From a virus (taxonomy: Duplodnaviria; Caudoviricetes), in the IMG/VR virus record IMGVR_UViG_3300020235_000033, positions 1 to 24,843 of that record: DNA of 24,843 nucleotides. One strand, 5' to 3'. The position numbers and the translations under genes are program-made. The notes beneath the pieces were generated by a model. It saw only the letters and a list, made by a program, of their open reading frames with translations, did not search any database and had not been told where the DNA came from. Of this stretch, positions 17,082 to 24,843 are shown one piece after another; position 1 is the first letter of the stretch; every line of letters starts with the position of its first letter.

Positions 17082-17543
17082 TTATTCTCCATAGTACTCT
17101 GCGAAAAGCCGATAGTTACTCGGCACTGTGAGCGCGCCATCTAATAAGCGCGCAGCTTGTTTAGGATCTTTCCTGCTCATCGTTTCCCAAGCCATGTCAA
17201 TCAACTGGTCGTGCGTTGCTCCGTTGAACTTCGCGGCATCCTTGCCGTGTACAATGTAGATGACGCCGGGAGTTTCTGCAATGATCCAGACGATGCCGCC
17301 CTCGTTGACGTTCTCCTTGATCCATCGCAGCTGTGATTTGTGCAGTCCCTTCTCGTCGTCCGGAAAGGGCACGCGCAGTGCACGGTCGGTCGCCTTCAGC
17401 TCGATGGTACCGCAGCCATCCTTGCCCACTTGGTAGTGAACGTCAGGAAATCCCGGCGTAGTATCTGGGGATTCGATTCTGGAGTATTGCCCCAGCGGGA
17501 GCGCAACATCTCGCAGCCACTCCCAAAGGTTGCTCTCATTCAT
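17082..17543 (-). CDS. VRR-NUC / Holliday-junction-resolvase-like PD-(D/E)xK nuclease
   Basis: N-terminal E, RIES...PGFPDV...IELKA...LHKSQLRW pattern; adjacent to the SNF2-like helicase. Confidence 0.8.
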   Translation of the reverse strand: MNESNLWEWLRDVALPLGQYSRIESPDTTPGFPDVHYQVGKDGCGTIELKATDRALRVPFPDDEKGLHKSQLRWIKENVNEGGIVWIIAETPGVIYIVHGKDAAKFNGATHDQLIDMAWETMSRKDPKQAARLLDGALTVPSNYRLFAEYYGE

Positions 17544-17566
17544 AAAACCAAAATCCCAGGAAAATA

Positions 17567-17595
17567 TTGCACTACTTTTTCACCGAATCTACATT
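17567..17595 (+). promoter_or_regulatory. Possible sigma70-type promoter antisense to the replication operon
   Basis: TTGCAC (17567-17572), 17-nt spacer, TACATT (17590-17595), with A-tracts upstream, in an AT-rich gap. Confidence 0.35.
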
Positions 17596-19003
17596 AGGCG
17601 AACATCGCACGGGTTTTGCGAATTCTTTTAGCACCCTTCCAAGCCGATCTTCGACGGTTACCTTTCTTGCGGTACCTGTCGAGGATGAGCGTCGCGAAGT
17701 CTTTTTTCTTTGCAATCGCTTCATAGTATTCATCCTCAATTGTGTCATTTGCCATCATGAAGAAATACTTCACCCAGTCGGTGAATTCCATGCTCATGAT
17801 GCGGAATCGAGCTTGTTCAAACGTGATGTGACTGTGATCCCAGCTGTAGAACACGTACGTGTTCGCTGCTGACAGATCGAAACCGAGCCCACTCTTTACC
17901 TGCAAGATGACGTAGTCCACATCGAACTTCATGTCCCATTCGTGCTTCCCCGAAATGATCTTGTAGGTCCAGTTGAACGCATCGAACTCCGCAGCGATGG
18001 CTTCGATCTCGTGCGTGAAGCGACAACAGATGACTGCCCTTTCTTTACCGAAGCCCGACAGCAGCTCCATGAGTTTGTCCAGCTTCTCGGTGCCAACAGG
18101 TATGACGATACGTGTGCGCTTCTTCTGGCCGGGAATGCGCTCCTGATGCAGTAAGAAACCACCGCACACCTGCTGCAGCTTCTGCGGTAAATTGACCGGT
18201 AAGGGTACACCGATGGTCAGGTCGTTGATAACGGTTTCCATGTCCTGTTTCAGTTCTTCGTAGATGTGCCGACTCTTACGATTGAGGTCGAAACGCACTT
18301 TCTTCCGGCGGACGCGCACGGGAGACTTTCCCATGGCGACGCGCGCTTCGTTGAATGTAATTCGGTAACTGTACTCATGGATGATTTCAAGTAGCTCTTC
18401 TTCGTGGTTGTATCCAACGAGCACGGGATACGTTTTTCCATCTCGTCTCTCATGCTGCTCGTAAACGACATAGCGCTCCTTGAAGCTGGCGTAGATGCCG
18501 AAGATCTCGTTCTTCCCAATGAAGTCGAAGATTGCCCAGTACTGCTCAAAACCCTTGTCGGCTGGTGTGCCGGTTAACGCAAGTTTCCAAACACAACGCT
18601 TGGCAAGCGTACGTGCAAACCGCGACTGGGCTGCACCAGGTTTCTTGATCATGTGCGCTTCGTCGGCAATGATCATCATCTTGACGCCTTGCTTTTGCCA
18701 CTTCAGTGTTTCGGCGTACCACTCCTTCCGGAGCTGCATGTTTTTCACAGGCTCCTGATACGTGAGGATGTAAATCTCGCATCCCCAATCGTTGTCGAGG
18801 TGTTCTTCGAGCTGCTCCTCCCAGGTTTTCAGTGCCTTCTTAGGGCACAAAAGGATCAACACCTCCGGCTTGCGTTCGTCAACGATAGCCAGAGAGATCA
18901 GGCACTTCCCTGTGCGCTGTTCCGGAAAAAGAGCGAAGCCGTCGAAGGGCAATGCCGCAACGACAGCTTCTCTCTGATACGGACGAAGCTCCGTGCGGAT
19001 CAC
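17594..19003 (-). CDS. SNF2-like superfamily 2 helicase
   Basis: LRPYQ Q-motif, RTGKC Walker A-like, IADEAH, LTGTP, KLQQVCGGF, GLGFDL; GTG start overlapping the upstream stop. Confidence 0.85.
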   Translation of the reverse strand: MIRTELRPYQREAVVAALPFDGFALFPEQRTGKCLISLAIVDERKPEVLILLCPKKALKTWEEQLEEHLDNDWGCEIYILTYQEPVKNMQLRKEWYAETLKWQKQGVKMMIIADEAHMIKKPGAAQSRFARTLAKRCVWKLALTGTPADKGFEQYWAIFDFIGKNEIFGIYASFKERYVVYEQHERRDGKTYPVLVGYNHEEELLEIIHEYSYRITFNEARVAMGKSPVRVRRKKVRFDLNRKSRHIYEELKQDMETVINDLTIGVPLPVNLPQKLQQVCGGFLLHQERIPGQKKRTRIVIPVGTEKLDKLMELLSGFGKERAVICCRFTHEIEAIAAEFDAFNWTYKIISGKHEWDMKFDVDYVILQVKSGLGFDLSAANTYVFYSWDHSHITFEQARFRIMSMEFTDWVKYFFMMANDTIEDEYYEAIAKKKDFATLILDRYRKKGNRRRSAWKGAKRIRKTRAMFA

Positions 19004-19788
19004 TACGCTTTCGTCAGCTCTTTAAGCGGGATCTCCCATTCCCCTTCTTCGTCATCGACCACAACTGCCATGTCGTCTTCGATGCCCTCGATCACACCCT
19101 GATACTCTTCGCCATCTTCGTCTTCGAACGTGACGCGAGCACCCGGACGCAACGCAGTGGACTTCCGTGTCTTTTTCTTCACTGCTTTTTTCTTCGAGGC
19201 TTTCTTTTTCGTTTTCTTTTTGGTGGGAGCTGGAGGAGCTTCTTCTTCTTCCTCTTCGCCTTCTTCTTCTTCGTACTCGCCCTCCTCCTCTTCTTCTTCG
19301 CCCTCAGCCTCAGGGATTTCACCACCCTGCTCTTCGACGTACTGCTGTGCTACTTCCTCGGTCAGGTAACCGGTTACACGAGGCTGATCTTTCTCTTCGT
19401 ACTCCTCGTTCACGATCTCCAGACCACACATGTTCCCGACCAGATCATCGGGATCAAAGTCGAAGGGACCATCAGGGGTGTCGTATCCCATGCAGTTAAG
19501 CGCAGTGCGCAAAACCCACAACGACTGTGGCACTAACACGAATCGGTCGAACACCGTCGAGCCAATGTGCGTCTTCCAACGTACAGTGATCATGTCGTTG
19601 CCTGCCTGACTCGCTTCCAACTCAGCGCTCATGATTTCAGCAACGTAGTAGCCATCCGGCGTAGGCATTCCACCTCCGGCCTCCACATCGGTGAAGTCAA
19701 CTGTTATGACATTGGACTTGCCCCGTCTCCCACCACGTCGTGCCGTTTTCTTAGCGGGTGCTTTTGATCGTCTTTTCTTCGTTGCCAT
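19003..19788 (-). CDS. DUF669-like single-stranded DNA-binding protein with acidic/basic linker and extra C-terminal domain
   Basis: VDFTDVE...PDGYY.AEI...SQAGNDM...LVGNMC...EEYE.K...V..Y OB-fold pattern; typical position after a Sak4-like ATPase. Confidence 0.75.
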   Translation of the reverse strand: MATKKRRSKAPAKKTARRGGRRGKSNVITVDFTDVEAGGGMPTPDGYYVAEIMSAELEASQAGNDMITVRWKTHIGSTVFDRFVLVPQSLWVLRTALNCMGYDTPDGPFDFDPDDLVGNMCGLEIVNEEYEEKDQPRVTGYLTEEVAQQYVEEQGGEIPEAEGEEEEEEGEYEEEEGEEEEEEAPPAPTKKKTKKKASKKKAVKKKTRKSTALRPGARVTFEDEDGEEYQGVIEGIEDDMAVVVDDEEGEWEIPLKELTKA

Positions 19789-19790
19789 TC

Positions 19791-20666
19791 TCAGGATCTC
19801 CTAATTTTCTTACGTTTCGTTTGTTTGCCTGCGGTCAGGTCCCTGATCTTTTTAAACGTCGGGTTGACGATCAGCTCAGGGATCGGACCAGCGGACACTG
19901 GTCTGCGGATCTTCGTCGAGTAAAATGCGTGAGGACCGATCCGCATACAGTAGTCCACATGTCGCACTTCTTCTTTGTCTTCAGTTTCCCAACGCTCTTT
20001 GATGAACGTGGAACCAATGGAGTCAACTGCACCATCGAGGAATGCACTGACTGAGGGCATGACGCGCGCCCCGATGCTGGGCTCGATGGCTTCTTCTTCT
20101 TCGTCGCCACCTTCGTTCACACGCTCGTGTGCAATCATGAGCAGATTGTAATCATCGGACAGGTCACGGAAGTCGCTGATGAATTGCTTCAGCATTCCGG
20201 ACAGTTGTCCCCAGTTACGCTGCGTGAACGTCTCGTCTCTGCCCTTGCGTGACTTGCGCAGTACCTCAGTCATGCCGATATCCTGCAGGTTGCTCACCTG
20301 ATCGATAACGATGGACGCATATTCGGTTGGAGTTTTATGATTGAGCAACCCCCAGTACAGCTCATCTATTTCAGCCCACTCAGTGACACGTACGACATCG
20401 ACGTCCTCTTCCTGCGCGATGGTCTCGGTGCCACGCTCGTTCGTGTCAATGAATAAGATAGGTCGCGGGAACGTCGAGCCGAAGTGCGTTTTACCCGTGC
20501 CGGAGCGACCGTACACCATCATGACCAGGTTGGTTTTGAGTTCCGTGACTGGTTTGATCTGGTCGATGATCGAAGCAGTCGTCATCGGTTTTCTCTTTAC
20601 TACTGTCCGTTTCTTCGCTCCTGTGACCTTCAATTTCGGTTTGCTCCGCATCGGTTTAGCTGGCAT
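19791..20666 (-). CDS. Sak4-like AAA ATPase (phage recombinase / ssDNA annealing, AAA_24-like)
   Basis: VYGRSGTGKT Walker A, FIDTNERG, SIVIDQVS Walker B, LMIAHE; start likely ATG 20666 with GAGGGAG RBS. Confidence 0.85.
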   Translation of the reverse strand: MPAKPMRSKPKLKVTGAKKRTVVKRKPMTTASIIDQIKPVTELKTNLVMMVYGRSGTGKTHFGSTFPRPILFIDTNERGTETIAQEEDVDVVRVTEWAEIDELYWGLLNHKTPTEYASIVIDQVSNLQDIGMTEVLRKSRKGRDETFTQRNWGQLSGMLKQFISDFRDLSDDYNLLMIAHERVNEGGDEEEEAIEPSIGARVMPSVSAFLDGAVDSIGSTFIKERWETEDKEEVRHVDYCMRIGPHAFYSTKIRRPVSAGPIPELIVNPTFKKIRDLTAGKQTKRKKIRRS

Positions 20667-21672
20667 GGTGACTCCCTCGTTCAACGTATTCGCTCTTCAT
20701 GATGAAATCAGAGTCCAGTCCCCGGACCTCCGCTTCACAGATTGTTCGGTACTCACAGGTGTTGCAGTTGAATGACGACATGCTGCGGGCGCAGTGTCCG
20801 CCATCTCGTTTGGCTTGAATCTCCGCCGCACTCTGCAGGAAATCGTTGACCACTTCAATGATCATGTTGGTGCTGGGCTTCGGCAGGAATACGCGCTCAA
20901 AGAAGGTGTCTTCCTTCCCTTCAAGCATTTCCAGCATGTCCACGTACTGAGTTGCATCGAGCTTCTCTCTCCTGATCACTTTAAGGTAGGTGTACGGATC
21001 GCAGTCCAGATTCTTGCGCTTCGATAGCTCACCGCTCTTCAGCACTTCCGGTTCGGTCGGTGCCTTCGCTTTGCCGTAGTCCCAGCAGATACCGTCGATC
21101 TTTTCCTTCGGCTTCATCATGCCGTACGCCCACACGTACAGCAGCAGTTGCAGCTCTTGGAATCGATCATCAGCTGTCGGGATGGACTTCATGAATTTGT
21201 GATCTACCAGCCAGCGTCGGTCGTGCACGTCCGTTGCAATCTTATCGATGAAGCCGATGAACATGACTGGGAGAGCACCGCTGCCCAACTTGCTCAGGTC
21301 CACTTCGATCTTGACCTCAGTTGCCTCGTACGTCAGCGGGTCCTTGCGATATTTACGCAGGTAGCCCTCGAAGATCTTGCCACAGTCGCCGATGATGTCA
21401 CCGTGTATGTCACGCTCCTCCTCAAAATAGGCAGCGTACTCTTCAGCGTACGTTTCGAGCACGTCCCATGGATCGCTGCCCGTGTACTTGTTGCCATGAA
21501 TTTTGTATTCAACGTAAGCGTTGAGCATCTCGTGCAGGATCTCGCCGCGCAGCAGACGCACGCCTTTGAACTTACGTTTGATCTTCAGAAAATATCTGTA
21601 CCACCATGCTTTTTGGCATCGTCGATACGAATTCACCTCGCTGAAACTAATGTGCTCACGCGGCTTGCTCAT
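20656..21672 (-). CDS. PD-(D/E)xK (Cas4/RecB-like) exonuclease
   Basis: ISFSEVNSYRRC..., GEILHE, GFIDKI...LVDHK, QLLLY, C-terminal C...CNTCEYRTIC cluster ligands. Confidence 0.85.
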   Translation of the reverse strand: MSKPREHISFSEVNSYRRCQKAWWYRYFLKIKRKFKGVRLLRGEILHEMLNAYVEYKIHGNKYTGSDPWDVLETYAEEYAAYFEEERDIHGDIIGDCGKIFEGYLRKYRKDPLTYEATEVKIEVDLSKLGSGALPVMFIGFIDKIATDVHDRRWLVDHKFMKSIPTADDRFQELQLLLYVWAYGMMKPKEKIDGICWDYGKAKAPTEPEVLKSGELSKRKNLDCDPYTYLKVIRREKLDATQYVDMLEMLEGKEDTFFERVFLPKPSTNMIIEVVNDFLQSAAEIQAKRDGGHCARSMSSFNCNTCEYRTICEAEVRGLDSDFIMKSEYVERGSHHAS

Positions 21673-24157
21673 ACTTCACTCCTTTACCCCAGTTGCCCAG
21701 CGTTGCTTCACCTTCCATCGGCACGCTGAGTGTTATTTTGAATGTGTCCATCAGGGCTGGTCGCTCTGCGATCTTCAGCATCTTCGGCACGCACTCAGGG
21801 ATAACTTCGTCCCTGACAATGGTCAGCACTGCATCGTGATGCTCTCCGACAATTCGCACATGATCACGCGGGAATGTCTTGTGGATCTCGATCAGGATCA
21901 TCGTTTTGTAGTCCCCGATCATGGCTTGCACGCCTGAGTTAACAGCCTGACGTTCAGCTTCCATGCGTACCATCTTGTCTCTGGTCTGAATGCCGGGAAG
22001 CCTGCGCAACCGACCAGTCAGGCAGCGTACGTGACCGTTTGTTTTTGCAAGTCGCTTCGTTCTGGTGTGCCAGTCAGCCAGCCGAGAGTACAGTCGGAAA
22101 TATGCATGACGTGCGTTCTTCGCTTCTGCCATGCTGGGTTCCCAGCCGTAATCCTTCTTCGCCTGCTCGATGAATTTCTTCGGATACATACCGTAGATGA
22201 AGCCGAAGTTAACGGCTTTTGCGCGCGTCCTGCCTTCGTACCAACGTGGCTCGATAGCGATACACTTCTTCGGGCCTGCCTCCATCATGATGTCGAGGCA
22301 TTCGGTGTACGACATGCCACCACAGTCAGCGATGGCTTCAGCGGTGTCGAACACGCGTTCAGTCCACTCGCTCTGCTGACTGATGTACAACGTCTCGATC
22401 ATTGTGCGCCAGTGAACATCTATGCCGTGGGTGAAGCACCGACGCATCTCTGGGTCTTTGGACAGGTGCGCAGCAACACGCATCTCTGCGGTGGCGATAT
22501 CTAACGCGCAGAGTGTCCATCCTTTTGGTGCAGTAATGAGGTTGCGGATCTTTCCATCGCGCGGGATAGGGTGGAGCGGAGAAGAATATCTGCCGGTGAC
22601 AGTGCCGTGCAGTTTGTAATCGAAATAATATTTGTCGCCGATACGATACTTCTCCCAGCCCTTGATGTACGTGTTAAACATCTTAGATGCGCCACGATAG
22701 GCGAGCAGCTTCTTGACGACGGGTTTGGTTGCGATGCTGAGCAGCGCTTCTTCAGATGTAGAATTTGCCCCTTTCTTCGTAAAAATTTTGCACTGATACC
22801 CCAGATCTTTATATAGGAGTTTTCCGATCTGCGCTGGGCTGTTCCAGTTCACGTCGCCGCCAGTCATGTCGTTCAGCTCTTCGCGTTCCGTGATCATCTC
22901 GGATAGCAGTTGGAGCCCGACTTCTTTACGCGCAGCTCCATCGATGGTGAGCCCTTCCATTTCTACGTCTTCCATCGCGCGCGCACCGGGCATTGTGATC
23001 TTCCAAAACAGTCGGTGCACACCTGGGTCTTGTCGCAGCAGGGACTCGAACAGTTTGCCCAGCCTGAGCGTGTACGTCGCGTCCTGCCCGCAGTATTTGT
23101 AGTTGCGCATGGGCTTCTCGGACTTGCCTTGCTTCTCTGCCAGCGAGATGTCGTATTCAGGCTCATCGAGATAGGTGCGGCACAGGCTGGTCAGATCGTG
23201 CGCGAGGTTTTCATCTAACACGTGGTGTGCGAGCATGACATCGAAGGTCAAGCGGAATGAACCACCGAACATCCATCGCATCCATTTATTGTCGAATTTC
23301 CCGTTCTGCGCATACGTGCGTTTTTTATCACGATGAGCAAGAAAGAAAAGCAGTTGCATCAGTTTCCGAAGAGCATCACCGTGCGCGAAGGGGCTGTGGG
23401 AGTAACGCTGGTAATCAGGATGCATAAATCCGGGGATGACCCACGTCCGGTGTTGGAGGGCTATAGCGACTGCAGTGATGTACCCATCTTCTGCGAATGG
23501 TCTGAGCCCCGCTGTCTCCGTATCGAATGCGAATTCGGTTGCCTCCTCAAACTCAGCTACAAAGGTACGGAGGTTTCCTTTCCTGACGACCGTCCACTCG
23601 ACTGTATCATTGCGCAAGCCGCCCTTTATGAGGCGAGCAATCCGAGCAATGTCATCCTGCAGACCCGGAAGCTTCGAGGGATCGCGGAGCGTATACGCCG
23701 GATGGACGATTGGCATTCCGATGTAACTGACTTTGGGATTCTCAATGATTTCGCCATGGAATTGATTGATCTTCGCCTTGCCACGGAAAAGCGTCTTCGT
23801 AGCCGGGACTCCGGCAGTGATGACAAACTTGGGAGCTAGCTGCTCAATTTCTTCATCGAGGTAGTGACGGCAGGCTTTGATCTCTGCTGCCGTGGGAGTT
23901 CGGTTGTTGGGAGGACGGCACTTGACGAGATTGGTGATGTAGGTGATCTCGGTCAGGTTGTTGCGTTCTAATTCGGTGCGCAGAATTTTACCGGACTCCC
24001 CGATAAAGGGCACACCACGTTTGTCTTCGTTCGCGCCGGGAGCCTCCCCGACCACCATGACGGTGACGTTTTTGCGCGGACCATCCCCTGCCATGCATAC
24101 CGTCTTTGCGGTCTCGTGTAATCCGCACTCAGTGCAGTGGGGGTTCAGGCTCGCCAT
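21656..24157 (-). CDS. Family A DNA polymerase with N-terminal family-4 uracil-DNA glycosylase domain and 3'-5' exonuclease
   Basis: UDG: CxxC, VGEAPG..ED..G.PFIG.SG, TNLVKCRPP, HPAY. Exonuclease: FDTET, QNGKFD, YCGQD. Polymerase: TVTGR, motif A D....E.R, motif B RTRAKAVNFGFIYG, AERQAVN..VQ, motif C HD. Confidence 0.92.
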   Translation of the reverse strand: MASLNPHCTECGLHETAKTVCMAGDGPRKNVTVMVVGEAPGANEDKRGVPFIGESGKILRTELERNNLTEITYITNLVKCRPPNNRTPTAAEIKACRHYLDEEIEQLAPKFVITAGVPATKTLFRGKAKINQFHGEIIENPKVSYIGMPIVHPAYTLRDPSKLPGLQDDIARIARLIKGGLRNDTVEWTVVRKGNLRTFVAEFEEATEFAFDTETAGLRPFAEDGYITAVAIALQHRTWVIPGFMHPDYQRYSHSPFAHGDALRKLMQLLFFLAHRDKKRTYAQNGKFDNKWMRWMFGGSFRLTFDVMLAHHVLDENLAHDLTSLCRTYLDEPEYDISLAEKQGKSEKPMRNYKYCGQDATYTLRLGKLFESLLRQDPGVHRLFWKITMPGARAMEDVEMEGLTIDGAARKEVGLQLLSEMITEREELNDMTGGDVNWNSPAQIGKLLYKDLGYQCKIFTKKGANSTSEEALLSIATKPVVKKLLAYRGASKMFNTYIKGWEKYRIGDKYYFDYKLHGTVTGRYSSPLHPIPRDGKIRNLITAPKGWTLCALDIATAEMRVAAHLSKDPEMRRCFTHGIDVHWRTMIETLYISQQSEWTERVFDTAEAIADCGGMSYTECLDIMMEAGPKKCIAIEPRWYEGRTRAKAVNFGFIYGMYPKKFIEQAKKDYGWEPSMAEAKNARHAYFRLYSRLADWHTRTKRLAKTNGHVRCLTGRLRRLPGIQTRDKMVRMEAERQAVNSGVQAMIGDYKTMILIEIHKTFPRDHVRIVGEHHDAVLTIVRDEVIPECVPKMLKIAERPALMDTFKITLSVPMEGEATLGNWGKGVKYEQAA

Positions 24158-24316
24158 AAGCCCGCTTCGCTCAAGACCATTTTCAGTCTCCTGTTCGCTC
24201 TGCTAGGATGGTCCGCCCGCAGGGATAAAGACTCAGATTAATTTGGAGAAAGAGGGCAGTCCCGATAGAGTCTACCCTCCCCTCCAGGTCTCACATCGAC
24301 AACAAGAAGAGGCGAG

Positions 24317-24843
24317 ATGGCACAGAATAAAGCAGGTTTTGATCCAACGCAAACAGCTGAGTACTGGCTGGAGAAGAAAGTCTACACAGTTCCGCTGCGG
24401 AGCAGGTCAAAACGTCCAAAAACAAAGGATTGGCCGCATCTCCGGCTGGTTTATGACGATCTCCAGAACGGGGCATTTAAGCGCGGCGACAACATCGGTG
24501 CGCTCTGGGGCAAGGCTTCCGACCATGCCACGGACGTCGATCTGGACATGGAAGAAGCCATCTGGGTGGCCGAGTACATCCTCCCCGAGACATTCATCTA
24601 TGGTCGCACCAACAAAGAATATTCTCACTACATTTTCCGTGTAGTTGGTGCCAAAACGCGCAAATGGCAGACCGCTGATCTGGGCACCATCGTCGAAATT
24701 CGCTCCACAGGAGCACAATCTGTCATCCCCCCATCGAGACATCCTGAAGGTGGCGTTTACTACACCAATAAACACAACAATGAAGAATTCACAGAGCTGA
24801 CCAAGCTGGACCTCGAACGCTTCGCCGATGAGATCGCAGTCGC
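24317..24843 (+). CDS. Bifunctional primase-polymerase (Prim-Pol) N-terminal domain, partial
   Basis: Manual translation: MAQNKAGF...VPLRSRSKRP...W...DNIGALWG...TDVDLD...SHYIFR...VEIRSTGAQSVIPPSRHPEGGVY. GAGG RBS; open to the window end; divergent from the polymerase gene. Confidence 0.85.
   Translation, partial: MAQNKAGFDPTQTAEYWLEKKVYTVPLRSRSKRPKTKDWPHLRLVYDDLQNGAFKRGDNIGALWGKASDHATDVDLDMEEAIWVAEYILPETFIYGRTNKEYSHYIFRVVGAKTRKWQTADLGTIVEIRSTGAQSVIPPSRHPEGGVYYTNKHNNEEFTELTKLDLERFADEIAV

Noticed and set aside
20656-21672. Cas4-like nuclease as evidence of a CRISPR-Cas system
   Set aside because: It lies in the usual phage exonuclease-Sak4-SSB recombination cassette; no array or other cas genes.
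24243-24775. Track ORFs 24243-24644 (+) and 24407-24775 (-)
   Set aside because: Shadow frames of the Prim-Pol gene starting at 24317, which has recognisable motifs.

Overview
Fragment of a tailed dsDNA bacteriophage genome, podovirus-like with a P22-type adaptor/nozzle/ejection-protein layout. The + strand (1-14966) is a tightly coupled virion module: Pro-rich partial ORF, small Cys-rich lipoprotein, head-tail adaptor, tail fibre, tail nozzle, four putative internal/ejection proteins, a terminase small subunit-like protein and a long Gly/Pro/Arg-rich protein. The - strand (15023-24157) is a convergent replication/recombination module: UDG-fused family A DNA polymerase, PD-(D/E)xK exonuclease, Sak4-like ATPase, DUF669-like SSB, SNF2-like helicase, VRR-NUC-like nuclease, MazG-like and HAD-like enzymes, and small ORFs. 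A divergent primase-polymerase begins at 24317. The two strongest signals are (1) a likely programmed -1 frameshift (in-frame C_CCA_AAA at 8197-8203 with an upstream GGAGG) that adds an otherwise start-less 68-aa extension to an ejection protein, and (2) about 15 copies of a [Y/F/M]-x-x-G-G motif punctuating four virion proteins into cassettes (basic, acidic, amphipathic), suggesting a di-glycine processing or packaging system. All functional calls come from motif recognition by eye; no database searches were run.
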